Positions 19,390 to 30,339 of a stretch of DNA of 64,000 nt are shown here, one piece after another; within the stretch, counting starts at the first letter, position 1; every line of letters starts with the position of its first letter. The stretch lies in the NCBI GenBank assembly GCA_965218695.1, contig OZ244651.1, positions 960,001 through 1,024,000 on the forward strand. The letters are read 5' to 3'. A program made the translations under genes and the position numbers. The notes beneath the pieces are model-generated. The model made no database searches, was not told the origin of the DNA, and saw nothing but the letters and a program-made list of their open reading frames with translations. The DNA is from Nitrosopumilus sp. (GTDB taxonomy: Archaea; Thermoproteota; Nitrososphaeria; Nitrososphaerales; Nitrosopumilaceae).

Positions 19390-20030
19390 CAGGATGACCT
19401 GGAGCCTCTGCATGGGAAACGTCTTTGCGGCCACGACAGAACCAAACCTCTCCTTCATGGACGAGAACACGGACTCGACGAGGCTGCGCTGGTGGTACAC
19501 CTTCTCGAATCCTTCCTGATCTTGTCTGAACCAGCGGAGCATCTCTGCCCTAGGATTGAAGCCCTTTGCGGTGTGGTTCTTGCGAGGCCAGATCACCGGT
19601 TTTCTGCCGCTGTCGTAGATCATCTTGCAGTTGGCGTGCGCGTCATACGCCGAATCCAGCATGACGTGCCCGTCGCCGTCTGGCGTGCGGGCAAACATCT
19701 TTCTGAATATCGGCGAATCGTGGGCAAGTCCGGGTGTCACCATGCATGCGGCGATCCTTCCGTGCGGGGCTACCAGTATGTGCAGCTTGACGAACTGACG
19801 CCTGGGGATGATGCCCTTCTTGGCATCCTCCCAGTCGGCGTAGATGTTGATGGAGGATCCGGTCGCATCCCCAAGGAGCGAGGCGTGCGCGTCGCTCCCT
19901 GCCTGTCTTGGGATCACCCCCATCAGCATCTCCTGTTGCTCTGCCAGATGTTTGGCTGCCGCATGCAGGCACGATTTGGACGGAACGGTTTTAAGCCGCA
20001 GACGTGCAGTGAACCTGGGTTGGCCTCAAG

Positions 20031-21202
20031 AGACATAATCCGTAATTAGAAATTGTACATATTTTCCTATACTGTGTAGGTTTTTTGACTCCTATCAGGT
20101 TGCTTCCCGGACTAGGAGAATCCTGAGGTTGGCAAATCCGCAGACGATGTCATTGACGGTGTCGTATTTTTTCAGGCGGTTTCGGTAGACACCGCTCATT
20201 ATGCGAAACCGTTTGACCCTGCGGATGGCGTGCTCCACATACACCCGTGCCTTTGAGTGCTTTTTGTTGAATTCCTTCTGCTCGGGGGACAATTCTGCGC
20301 CTTTTTGCTTCTTGTACGGCACTACTGCATCCCGGTCAGGAAATTCTTTGTTGATCCCCTGGTATCCGTTGTCCAGGATCTCTCTGACTTTGATCCTTTC
20401 CTTGTCCTTGCTCCCGTCCTTGCGTGGAAGGTTGTCAGGGAATGTCGGGTGTTTCTTTTTGAATACTGCAAAGTCGTGGATCCTGCCCGGGGAATGCCGG
20501 GTCTTGTGAATGATGAGGCCATCTGTGGCCGACGTGTACTGGATCTTGGACGTGTGCCTGTGTGCCTTGCCCGAGTAGTGGGACCGTTCCATGTCCTTGC
20601 GTCCGGGACGTTGTATCTGCTGCTCTGAGGCATCAATCAGGGCAGTCAGGCCCGGAATGATCTCCTCAAGATCGTCAAGCGTCTTGGTGGCCTTGATGTT
20701 GGCGTAGATCTTTGACGGAAGCGGAACGCACTGCCGGATCGACGGCTCCAGTGCCCCCATGCTGCGGGACACGCTAGCCTGGCCCATCTGAAACACCATG
20801 GCAAGAAGATCCTGCGTAGCGTATGTCCTGTAATAAAACAGGACCAGAAGAAACCTGTTTTTCAGATCCAGTTTCCACCTGCGTCCGGCACCAATGCCGC
20901 GCACCCTGCTTCTTTTGGCGAGTCGCTTTTGCTCTGCCTTGGGGTATTTTTTTGCCAGCCGCCCTGCCACCAAATTAAATTCGGAGACTGTCAGTCCAGT
21001 GCACCGGATGAACAGTTTGGGCTTTTTTGCTAATTTGTCGTATAATGACATGCTTTGACATTGGCAATCAGAATAAAACACGGCTGACGTATAGTTTTGA
21101 TCATCGGGCAAGTTCGAATTGACATGCAATTCCATGCAGTCAGCCAGATTTGTCCTGCAATGCGTCCAATCTCGTGATTATGCCCAATTACGGATGATGT
21201 CT
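20031..21202 (-). mobile_element. IS5-family element, copy B (1172 bp, inverted); transposase 20095-21135
   Basis: Near-identical to copy A (one V/I change); 3-bp TSD AAG at 20028-20030 and 21203-21205. Confidence 0.92.
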
Positions 21203-21636
21203 AAGGTACGAGACGTGTTCCCGGTACGAGTTGCCGCGAAACTCCTTGTCCATGAGGCAGATCAAGTAGGAGATCATGCGCCGGTCCTTGTCGGACTCGG
21301 GTTTGCAGATCTCGTACAGGGTGGTGATAAGGGAGAGGATGCCGATTGATACTCGTTTCCCCTCTCCACTCCTTCGTATCTCGTATTCCTTGCTGTAGCC
21401 TTTCGGCCGTACCCATTTCTTCTTGTTTTTCTTGTCTCTGTTTTTCTTGTCTCTGTTCTTTGCCTTCCTCTTTTTCCTGTTGGAATTCATTAATTGTGGA
21501 CGGGATCGGTGATCCAAAACTTTTCTGATGCCTGACGCTGATGATCTTTAAGCTTATCGACGGTTTTTTGACGAAGGTGTGGACAACGCCCGGCCGTTAG
21601 CATATTATTAAATAGAACATACTATTCACACAACCT

Positions 21637-22983
21637 ATGAAAGCAGTAATGTCTATGATGATTATAACCGTGCTCCTGTTTTCTGTTGTTATGCCATACC
21701 ATGCCAATGCCCAAGAAGATCCTGTGAGAATCGACGGGGCCGGCGCGTCATTTGCGTTTCCGTTGATGGATCTGTGGCGGGTACAGTATGCCGAGATACA
21801 TCCTGAAGTACAACTGAACTACCAGTCTATCGGCAGCGGCGGCGGTGTCACACAACACATCAAAAAGACGATAAACTTTGCAGCGTCCGACGTGCCCCTG
21901 CGGGAATCCGAATACGGACACGCGCCCGGCACAATCACCATTCCCTCGATGATCGGTGCAGTCTCTCTAGCTTATAACGTTCCAGGCGTGGATTCTGGAA
22001 TCAAGATCACGTCTGAGGCGCTGTGCCAAATGCACTTGGGAAATATCCAATCTTGGAACGATCCGATGATTGCCGATGTAAACCCTGACTTGGAAATTCC
22101 TGACCAAGACATTGTCACAGTACACCGGGCTGATGGCTCTGGCACGACGTTTGCGTTTACCAGCTATCTTACCAAGGTGTGTCCTGAATGGGATGAAAAG
22201 ATAGGCGCAGGCAAGAGCGTTCCATGGCCGGTGGGACTTGGGGCCCCGGGCAACGAGGGCGTCGCAGGATTAGTATCCACCACATCCGGGGCAATAGGAT
22301 ATGTCACGCTTGCTTATGCCTTCCAGAACGATCTCGCCATTGCAGCCATCGAGAACGGCGACGGCACAAACTTTGTGCTGCCGACATTGGAGAGTGCGTC
22401 TGACGCATCCAGGGGAGTGGCATGCAGTCATACTTCAGGAGACCTGCAGGTGCAGTGTCTGGAGGATTCATCTGATCCATGGGATATAGTTCACGATCAC
22501 TTTTCCCACGCGGGCTTGCCTCATGCATCTGACAGCTGGACAGAAGTCGATCTGCTGACAGCACCTGAAGAAAATTCATACCCCATTACCAGCTTCTCAT
22601 ACATCCTGTTGCATCCTGATCTGAGTGGTTCGGTGGACGACTATGACCATGCCGTAGAGGTTATCGATCTCATCGCTTGGATGATAACTGACGGGCAAGA
22701 GTACAACGCCGAGCTGCTTTACGTGCCAATTCCTGCACCCGTGGCTAATCTTGGGCTAGAGGGACTGGCATCCATTACATATGATGGTCAGTCGGTCTTT
22801 ATGATACCTGACGATCATCTTAATGACCACGATACAATGGAATCCGAAGGGGATCACAAAATTCCGGAATGGATACAGATCGTATTCAAGCTCTATGGGG
22901 ATGGACTGGTATCTGATGACGAACTGATCAACGCAATCACGTTTCTAATAGAGCAGGACGTTATCAAGCTGGGCTCTCACTAG
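21637..22983 (+). CDS. pstS: Phosphate ABC transporter substrate-binding protein with thaumarchaeal C-terminal domain
   Basis: Signal peptide, GAGASF, YQSIGSGGG, FAASD, HRADGSGTT, GNEGVA, YPITSFSY; C-terminal KIPEWI..LINAITFLI module. Confidence 0.92.
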   Translation: MKAVMSMMIITVLLFSVVMPYHANAQEDPVRIDGAGASFAFPLMDLWRVQYAEIHPEVQLNYQSIGSGGGVTQHIKKTINFAASDVPLRESEYGHAPGTITIPSMIGAVSLAYNVPGVDSGIKITSEALCQMHLGNIQSWNDPMIADVNPDLEIPDQDIVTVHRADGSGTTFAFTSYLTKVCPEWDEKIGAGKSVPWPVGLGAPGNEGVAGLVSTTSGAIGYVTLAYAFQNDLAIAAIENGDGTNFVLPTLESASDASRGVACSHTSGDLQVQCLEDSSDPWDIVHDHFSHAGLPHASDSWTEVDLLTAPEENSYPITSFSYILLHPDLSGSVDDYDHAVEVIDLIAWMITDGQEYNAELLYVPIPAPVANLGLEGLASITYDGQSVFMIPDDHLNDHDTMESEGDHKIPEWIQIVFKLYGDGLVSDDELINAITFLIEQDVIKLGSH

Positions 22984-23099
22984 GCCCCGCATCTTGCAGT
23001 TATGTGCCCTCACTGATGTATCCAAAGACACGGCTATGCTGAATATTTGAGTCCTCTTGGCGCGGCTGCCACCTCGGATAAATGATCCTCGATCAAGGG

Positions 23100-23843
23100 G
23101 GGATTCTGCATCATCAGATGATGGCACAAAATCAGGATCTTCTCCAGATTCACTTGCCTGTTTTGCACGCCATTATGTCGTCTCCATCAAATCATGATCT
23201 TCTATGAGATGTTGGCCTGATGCGACAGGCAACTCTGTCTATTACCATGATATGCACTGACGGCGCGTCCGTCACGCCATGGTCAATCTACTAGGCTGCA
23301 TGCACTGCTGCATTGCTGATGAGCGTGATCTGCTTATCCCTTCCGGATATGTTGATCCCCGCAGCCTCTGCAGGTGTTATTCTGCCAATGCCGCCGTGGG
23401 GACGGAAAAAGTGTGGCGAATAATCATCAGTTGCACCAGCGCGGGATTTTCTGCCCTGAACCCGCGGACTGTCTTGGTATTGTCCTTGAATTCACCGTTG
23501 AGCCTCTCGTGCGTGTTGTTGTTGTTGTTGTTGTGGCTGAAGCGGTTCTTCAGGTGAATGTCCCTGATGTGGACCAGCCTGAATCCGTCGCGCATCCAAA
23601 ACGCCCTGCGGGCGGCATGACAAAACGCCTGCAGGCCGTCTGTGGCCAGCACCCACGGGACGGTTCCGGCCAGGTTCCTTGCAGCTGCAAACAGCATACC
23701 AAAGCCCATACTCGAAAGGCTTGGCACTCCTGACAGGCTAAAGTTTGTTATATCTGGTGACGACATAATGGTGCGCAGGCCAGACCCGCGAATCTGGAGA
23801 AGATCCTGATTTTGTGCCACCAACAGATGACGCAGGAGAACCC
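23100..23843 (-). mobile_element. Internally deleted non-autonomous derivative of the IS6 element
   Basis: Both long ends homologous to 15235-16975; keeps only the transposase 3' part joined to the AbrB-like gene 3' part. Confidence 0.8.
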
Positions 23844-23893
23844 AAAAACTACAGGGTAAAGATTTATTTCAATTGCCACTTCTGTTTGAAGTT

Positions 23894-25759
23894 ATGCGGA
23901 TACTGCAGCTTCACTGCGACAGCATAGAGTACACCCCCACAAAAAGGGAGATCAAGGCGGCAGAGGAGATCGGCGATGCCGGCACCACGAGGATTGAGGA
24001 GGTGGTGGTGGCCTTCGTCGCAGTGGAGTCAGGCGACGATCTGGACGTTGCCAGAAACGCCATGTCCCAGATAAGGGACTCCATGACAAAGATTGGCTGC
24101 AGGCGGCTCCTGCTGTACCCGTACGCGCACCTGAGCTCTAACCTGGCAAGGCCGTCTGATGCGCTTGCGGTACTGCGCGCAATGGAGGATGCAGCATCTG
24201 GCCTTGAGGTGTCGCGTTCCCCGTTTGGCTGGACAAAATCCTACCAGGTCAAGGTAAAGGGCCACCCGCTAGCAGAAAGCTCCAAGACGATAACTTCCGA
24301 CTCTGCCACGCCGCAGGCCCCTGAGGACACCTCCGAGGCACTGAAGGGCGAGTCAGGCATGCGATCCTACTGGAAGATAATGTCCCCCGACGGCACGATG
24401 ACCGACGTGGGCGAGTTTGACTTTTCAGGGCACAAAAAGCTGGAGACGCTGGCAAAGTACGAGTCCAAAAAGGATCGCCGAGTGGACGCCCCGCCCCTGC
24501 ATGTATCCCTGATGAAGAAGCTGGCCATAGCCGACTACGAGTCCGCATCCGACTCGGGAAACATGAGGTTCTTTCCCAACGGCCGCCTGATAAAGTCCCT
24601 AATAGAGCGCTACGTGACCAAGATGGTAAAGCGCTACGGCGGGTACGAAGTCGAGACGCCGATAATGTACGACGCCGACCACCCCAGCATGGTGAGCTAC
24701 TTTAACAGGTTTCCGGCTAGGCAGTACAGCATCGACTCGGAGGGCAAGAAGCTCTTCTTGAGGTTCGCCGCCTGCTTCGGGCAGTTCCTGATGGCAAACC
24801 AGTTTCAGATGTCATACAAGAACCTGCCGTACCGGCTGTACGAGCTTACCCGGTACAGCTTTCGGCGGGAACAGTCCGGCGAACTGGTCGGGCTCAGGAG
24901 GCTCAGGGCGTTTACCATGCCGGACTGCCACGCGTTCTGCACAGGCATCGACCAGGCAATCGACGAGCTCAAGGTGAGGTTCGATCTCTCCAGGCGGGTG
25001 CTGTGCGGTCTCGGCATCGTCGACGCCGACTACGAGATGGCGGTAAGGTTTACAGAATCGTTCTACAACGAGAACCGGCAGGCAGTCGAGGAGATGGTGG
25101 CGCGGCACGGCAGGCCGGTGCTAGTCGAGATGTGGAAGGAGAGGTTCTTTTACTTCGTCTTGAAATGGGAGTTCAACTTTATCGACGACATGGGCAAGGC
25201 GTCTGCGCTCTCCACTGACCAGATAGACATTGAAAACGGGCGCCGGTACGGCATAGAGTTCATCGACGAGCACAACAAGGCCATACACCCGATAATCCTC
25301 CACAACTCTCCCAGCGGGGCGATCGAGCGCATAATCTACACCCTGCTGGAAAAGGCCGGCACCGACTCCAAGCGGGGCATCAAGCCCCAACTGCCGTTCT
25401 GGCTCTCGCCGACGCAGGTGAGAATCATCCCGCTACAGGAAGAGTTCAACGACTTCTGCGTCTCCCTTGCAGACAGGCTGGCCGCGCACAATCTCAGGGT
25501 GGACATCGATGATCGAAACGAGAGCATCCGAAAGAGGATACGCGATGCCGAGAAGGAGTGGATACGGTACATCATGGTGGTGGGCTCAAAGGAGTTAGGC
25601 TCCGAGACCCTCAGCGTGCGTGACAGGGCGACAGGAGGCGTAAGGGAGCTGACGTTTGAGGAGTTTATAAAAGAGACCGGCACGCAGACGCGCGACATGC
25701 CGTTTGCAGGCCTTAACATGCCGCGGCACATGTCCCGACGCCCGCATCTGATGGTGTAG
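23894..25759 (+). CDS. thrS: Threonine--tRNA ligase, archaeal type
   Basis: MRILQLHCD editing domain, YPYAHLSS, PFGW.K, LRFAACFG, FRREQSGE, HNSPSGAIER. Confidence 0.96.
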   Translation: MRILQLHCDSIEYTPTKREIKAAEEIGDAGTTRIEEVVVAFVAVESGDDLDVARNAMSQIRDSMTKIGCRRLLLYPYAHLSSNLARPSDALAVLRAMEDAASGLEVSRSPFGWTKSYQVKVKGHPLAESSKTITSDSATPQAPEDTSEALKGESGMRSYWKIMSPDGTMTDVGEFDFSGHKKLETLAKYESKKDRRVDAPPLHVSLMKKLAIADYESASDSGNMRFFPNGRLIKSLIERYVTKMVKRYGGYEVETPIMYDADHPSMVSYFNRFPARQYSIDSEGKKLFLRFAACFGQFLMANQFQMSYKNLPYRLYELTRYSFRREQSGELVGLRRLRAFTMPDCHAFCTGIDQAIDELKVRFDLSRRVLCGLGIVDADYEMAVRFTESFYNENRQAVEEMVARHGRPVLVEMWKERFFYFVLKWEFNFIDDMGKASALSTDQIDIENGRRYGIEFIDEHNKAIHPIILHNSPSGAIERIIYTLLEKAGTDSKRGIKPQLPFWLSPTQVRIIPLQEEFNDFCVSLADRLAAHNLRVDIDDRNESIRKRIRDAEKEWIRYIMVVGSKELGSETLSVRDRATGGVRELTFEEFIKETGTQTRDMPFAGLNMPRHMSRRPHLMV

Positions 25760-25761
25760 AC

Positions 25762-26637
25762 ATGAGCTACGCTGATCTGTACCTCAATGCAAACTCGTCG
25801 ATCACATCGTCTGATGACACCTCGAGACCCGTTGCGACCCTGTTTGGCGTTCCGTTTGATGCGACCCAGTCCTACAAGCCCGGATGCCGGTTCGGGCCGG
25901 ACGCGATACGCAACTCGTTTGACAACATCGAGATATTTCATCCCGAGCTTGGCGTGGACTTGGAATCTGCATACATTGAGGATGTGGGAAACATCCGCCA
26001 CACTGCAGTCTCCTCTGAGATGATCAAGATGGTGGGGAGGGTCGCCGCCGAGCTGGCAGGAAGGGGCCGTCCGGTGATAATGCTTGGGGGGGAGCACTCC
26101 ATCACGTATGGCGCATACATGAGCTTTCCCAAGGACACGGGATACGTGGTGTTTGATGCCCACTACGACCTGCGCGACGAGTTTGACGGGACACGGCTGA
26201 GCCACGCATCCTATCTCCGGCGGATAGCAGAGGAGAGGGGATCTGACGGCATCTTGCATGTCGGGGCCAGGGCGTTTGTAGGCGAGGAGCTTGAGTTTCT
26301 CCGGGAGAACCACATCTGCACCGTCTCAGACGGCCAGATACGGGCAGGCAAGGGACCGCAGATGCTCCGAGACTTTACGTCCTCCTTTGATGCAGTATAC
26401 TCCAGTTTTGACCTGGACGTGCTGGATCCCGCGTTTGCCCCCGGGGTGGGAAACCCCGAGGCTGTAGGCATCACATCGCGGGAGCTCTTTGACATGATTC
26501 ATTCCCTGCGCGATGCAAGGGTGTCAGGTGCCGACATTGTGGAGCTTAACCCATACCATGACAACGGCGCCACTGCATCGCTTGCAGCAAAGATAATCTC
26601 CGTGCTGGTTGCGCAGGGCATTGCCCGGGACCGGTAG
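25762..26637 (+). CDS. speB: Agmatinase (ureohydrolase)
   Basis: GGEHS, DAHYD, SFDLDVLDP, APGVG, DIVELNP. Confidence 0.92.
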   Translation: MSYADLYLNANSSITSSDDTSRPVATLFGVPFDATQSYKPGCRFGPDAIRNSFDNIEIFHPELGVDLESAYIEDVGNIRHTAVSSEMIKMVGRVAAELAGRGRPVIMLGGEHSITYGAYMSFPKDTGYVVFDAHYDLRDEFDGTRLSHASYLRRIAEERGSDGILHVGARAFVGEELEFLRENHICTVSDGQIRAGKGPQMLRDFTSSFDAVYSSFDLDVLDPAFAPGVGNPEAVGITSRELFDMIHSLRDARVSGADIVELNPYHDNGATASLAAKIISVLVAQGIARDR

Positions 26638-26741
26638 GCGCAGAACCCGGCGTGTCAGGGGGGCACAGACAGGATCATCTGGCATGCATCTCCGGTCCGA
26701 TACTATTCACTTTATTATACCATAATACATGAGTCCATCAT

Positions 26742-27314
26742 ATGCTCAACAACCTGAGGGATACCCTGAGGCCTGCACTTGAGAGGATTGGACGCGGGTT
26801 TGCATCCACCGGACTGTCTCCCAACTTTTGGACTGCCGTAGGGCTCGGATTTGCGCTGGCGTCTGCCGTATCGTACGGCCTGGGAATCCAGTACGGGCTG
26901 ATAATCGGGGGCGTGCTGCTGCTTGTATCCGGATTCTTTGACATGGTGGACGGCCAGGTGGCCCGGGTCACCGGCAAGACCTCCAACAAGGGCTCCTACC
27001 TTGATTCGATGTTTGACAAGATTGCCGAGGTTGCAATATTCCTGGGAATCCTTGTAGGCGGGTACGCAGATCCGATGCTCGTGCTGCTTGCAGTGACGCT
27101 GTCCCTGCTGGTCAGCTATGCCAGGGCAAAGTCGGATCAGCTTGGCATAAGGCTTCAGGGGGTTGGAATCGGCGAGAGGGCCGAGCGATTACTGGTGGTT
27201 GCCATAATAGGGATGATAGGATTCATGGAGTATGCAGTGATAATCGTGATCATAATTGCAGGAATCACGCTGGTTCAGAGGATGGTCGTCACTGCAAGAC
27301 AGATTAGGGACTAG
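26742..27314 (+). CDS. CDP-alcohol phosphatidyltransferase (archaetidylinositol-phosphate synthase-like)
   Basis: DMVDGQVAR..G.YLDSMFD motif, SYARAK, GERAER. Confidence 0.9.
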   Translation: MLNNLRDTLRPALERIGRGFASTGLSPNFWTAVGLGFALASAVSYGLGIQYGLIIGGVLLLVSGFFDMVDGQVARVTGKTSNKGSYLDSMFDKIAEVAIFLGILVGGYADPMLVLLAVTLSLLVSYARAKSDQLGIRLQGVGIGERAERLLVVAIIGMIGFMEYAVIIVIIIAGITLVQRMVVTARQIRD

Positions 27315-27595
27315 AGCCTGCCGCGCTTTCGCCTGTTGTCTGCGGATCTTATCTTCAGAATCTTAAAGTGGATTGCGCAGGAGATGCAGTACCATTTGAG
27401 AACCGTCGGCGATGCAATGTATGCGCCCTGAGCACGCAGCTCCTTTGCCAGCGTGTGCTCCACCAGATTCAGTCTTGATGTGACCTTCTTTGCCTTGTCC
27501 TTTGGGACAGTCTGTCCGCAGTTTGTACACTGGACGACCCCCGAGGATCCCTTTCCGCCCTTGGTGCGCCCCCTGCTGGCACGTTTTAATGGCAT
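27311..27595 (-). CDS. rps26e: 30S ribosomal protein S26e
   Basis: CTNCG..VPKDKAKK..YCISCAIH. Confidence 0.95.
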   Translation of the reverse strand: MPLKRASRGRTKGGKGSSGVVQCTNCGQTVPKDKAKKVTSRLNLVEHTLAKELRAQGAYIASPTVLKWYCISCAIHFKILKIRSADNRRKRGRL

Positions 27596-27639
27596 ACCGT
27601 TGAATCAACCTGCCTACTTATATTTGTGGATATCTAAGC

Positions 27640-28886
27640 CAGCTAAGCGAAAAGTGCCTCATCTGAGATCAGGTAGGCGGTTTGGACTGGCGTATGAGGA
27701 GTGATTCCAACTGCACCTTGAACGTGAGCATGGTCATGACACTCTGCCTTTCGGTACCGTCAGAAAGCATTGCCCTGACGATTATCCATTCATTGTACAA
27801 TGTTAGGGAATAGTAAAAACACAACATCCGCGATTCCATGTCCGAAATCCGCGTCTTGGCCCTGCACTCCTCGATTTTACCGTACCCGGTCTCTATTCCC
27901 CATCTTTTGGCATAAGCCTCCGTCTTGATTGTGGGGTGGTTTGTTGCAAACCCGATGTATTTCTCTTCCGGGACATCAGGGTCTTTGGCGTTTTTTCTTT
28001 CAGTTATTATCATGGAATATTCGACGGAGCCCTGGTTGTTCTCAATCACGTTTGTTGAGATCCTTTCCCTCTTTCCTTGTGCAAAATCCTGCAGGGCTTC
28101 CACCACGTTGGGCGTGTTCCTGCACGGCATCAGGTACCTTACGCCGTTTGCCCGCAGCCTGCTTATCGTGTCGACTGAGAAGAATTCCCGGTCAAGCAGC
28201 GCCAGGCGGATCCTGATGCCCATCCCTGCCATGGTCTTGAGGACTGCATCCACGTAATCAGGCACGAATTCGAGCCTTTTGAGGTATGATGCTGCAAGGA
28301 CCATGCGCATCTTGTCGTTTACGCACTGGGCTGTCATGTAACGCTCAAAATACGTGGTTCCGTTTTTGTATTTGGAACGGGTCAGCTCCCCTCCGGGTGC
28401 CCGGTCATAACGCGGTATGAGGTGCATGTCGATTGCGATGTCCAGTCCTTCTTTTGGGAATTTGCCCAGTTTTTTGAATGTGTCAAGTTGCACTGCCACC
28501 ATTTCTTCGAATGCGCGCTGAACCGTGCCCTGCTCCATCCCCTTGATTGCCGATGCATGCCACCTGTCGGAGGGAGCGTCGCAGTGCGTGCGCTTTACCG
28601 CGTTTGCGCACCCGCCTACGGACGAATCCATGGTGGCTCCCCTCAGCATGCCGTGATTTAGATCGTCTGTTCCAAATACCGCATTGTACCTGTTTGACGT
28701 GTTGGCGCAGGCAAGCATGTTTTTCATGCCGCTTGCGACATCTTGATATATTCTTGGATTGTTCAGTAGATCGCGGCCCTGCTTGGTTTTTTGTCTAGAC
28801 AACAAAAACCATAGGGCCGTACCCTTATTGATCTGCTTGCATTCTTGTCAGATTTTGCCTAGATCAAAGCACATTTCGCTTAGCTG
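27640..28886 (-). mobile_element. ISH3-family element, tandem copy 1 (1247 bp); transposase 27669-28805
   Basis: TIR CAGCTAAGCGAAA/TTTCGCTTAGCTG; AIDMH, LLDREF, Y..RWGIETGY. Confidence 0.9.
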
Positions 28887-28891
28887 CTAAG

Positions 28892-30138
28892 CAGCTAAGC
28901 GAAAAGTGCCTCATCTGAGATCAGGTAGGCGGTTTGGACTGGCGTATGAGGAGTGATTCCAACTGCACCTTGAACGTGAGCATGGTCATGACACTCTGCC
29001 TTTCGGTACCGTCAGAAAGCATTGCCCTGACGATTATCCATTCATTGTACAATGTTAGGGAATAGTAAAAACACAACATCCGCGATTCCATGTCCGAAAT
29101 CCGCGTCTTGGCCCTGCACTCCTCGATTTTACCGTACCCGGTCTCTATTCCCCATCTTTTGGCATAAGCCTCCGTCTTGATTGTGGGGTGGTTTGTTGCA
29201 AACCCGATGTATTTCTCTTCCGGGACATCAGGGTCTTTGGCGTTTTTTCTTTCAGTTATTATCATGGAATATTCGACGGAGCCCTGGTTGTTCTCAATCA
29301 CGTTTGTTGAGATCCTTTCCCTCTTTCCTTGTGCAAAATCCTGCAGGGCTTCCACCACGTTGGGCGTGTTCCTGCACGGCATCAGGTACCTTACGCCGTT
29401 TGCCCGCAGCCTGCTTATCGTGTCGACTGAGAAGAATTCCCGGTCAAGCAGCGCCAGGCGGATCCTGATGCCCATCCCTGCCATGGTCTTGAGGACTGCA
29501 TCCACGTAATCAGGCACGAATTCGAGCCTTTTGAGGTATGATGCTGCAAGGACCATGCGCATCTTGTCGTTTACGCACTGGACTGTCATGTAACGCTCAA
29601 AATACGTGGTTCCGTTTTTGTATTTGGAACGGGTCAGCTCCCCTCCGGGTGCCCGGTCATAACGCGGTATGAGGTGCATGTCGATTGCGATGTCCAGTCC
29701 TTCTTTTGGGAATTTGCCCAGTTTTTTGAATGTGTCAAGTTGCACTGCCACCATTTCTTCGAATGCGCGCTGAACCGTGCCCTGCTCCATCCCCTTGATT
29801 GCCGATGCATGCCACCTGTCGGAGGGAGCGTCGCAGTGCGTGCGCTTTACCGCGTTTGCGCACCCGCCTACGGACGAATCCATGGTGGCTCCCCTCAGCA
29901 TGCCGTGATTTAGATCGTCTGTTCCAAATACCGCATTGTACCTGTTTGACGTGTTGGCGCAGGCAAGCATGTTTTTCATGCCGCTTGCGACATCTTGATA
30001 TATTCTTGGATTGTTCAGTAGATCGCGGCCCTGCTTGGTTTTTTGTCTAGACAACAAAAACCATAGGGCCGTACCCTTATTGATCTGCTTGCATTCTTGT
30101 CAGATTTTGCCTAGATCAAAGCACATTTCGCTTAGCTG
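28892..30138 (-). mobile_element. ISH3-family element, tandem copy 2 (1247 bp); transposase 28921-30057
   Basis: Direct repeat of copy 1 separated by CTAAG; one A/V difference. Confidence 0.9.
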
Positions 30139-30339
30139 CTAAGCCTCCCTCCCCAAATCACCCGATCCCCAAGACATACTCTTGTTTTAGAAGTCTTGCA
30201 GATGACATGGAACCGGCTGACGGCGTATTGACTGATGTTGGATGGGGGGAAAGAAAGGAACCGGGCGGCATCCTCCAGATGATTCTTCATACAGCGACAA
30301 TCCTTCAACCCTTAATACAGACCACCATGTTGGTTCCTC

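Larger units (their letters stand above)
18185..21517 (-). pseudogene. IS5-family transposase split into three pieces
   Basis: Removing the inner elements rejoins HVSYL|EANPG and QVILR|SICYNLIA*; motifs GDATG, FVKLH, HDSP, LDSAYD, YHQRSLVESVFS. Confidence 0.82.
17993..21591 (-). mobile_element. IS5-like outer element, doubly interrupted by two copies of another IS
   Basis: TIR GGGCGTTGTCCACA/TGTGGACAACGCCC; GGCCGTTA duplicated at 17985-17992 and 21592-21599. Confidence 0.85.

Noticed and set aside
13543-26637. Linking TIGR00300, speB and arcC into an arginine catabolic pathway
   Set aside because: The genes are unlinked and of different base composition; no arginine deiminase or ornithine carbamoyltransferase lies in the window
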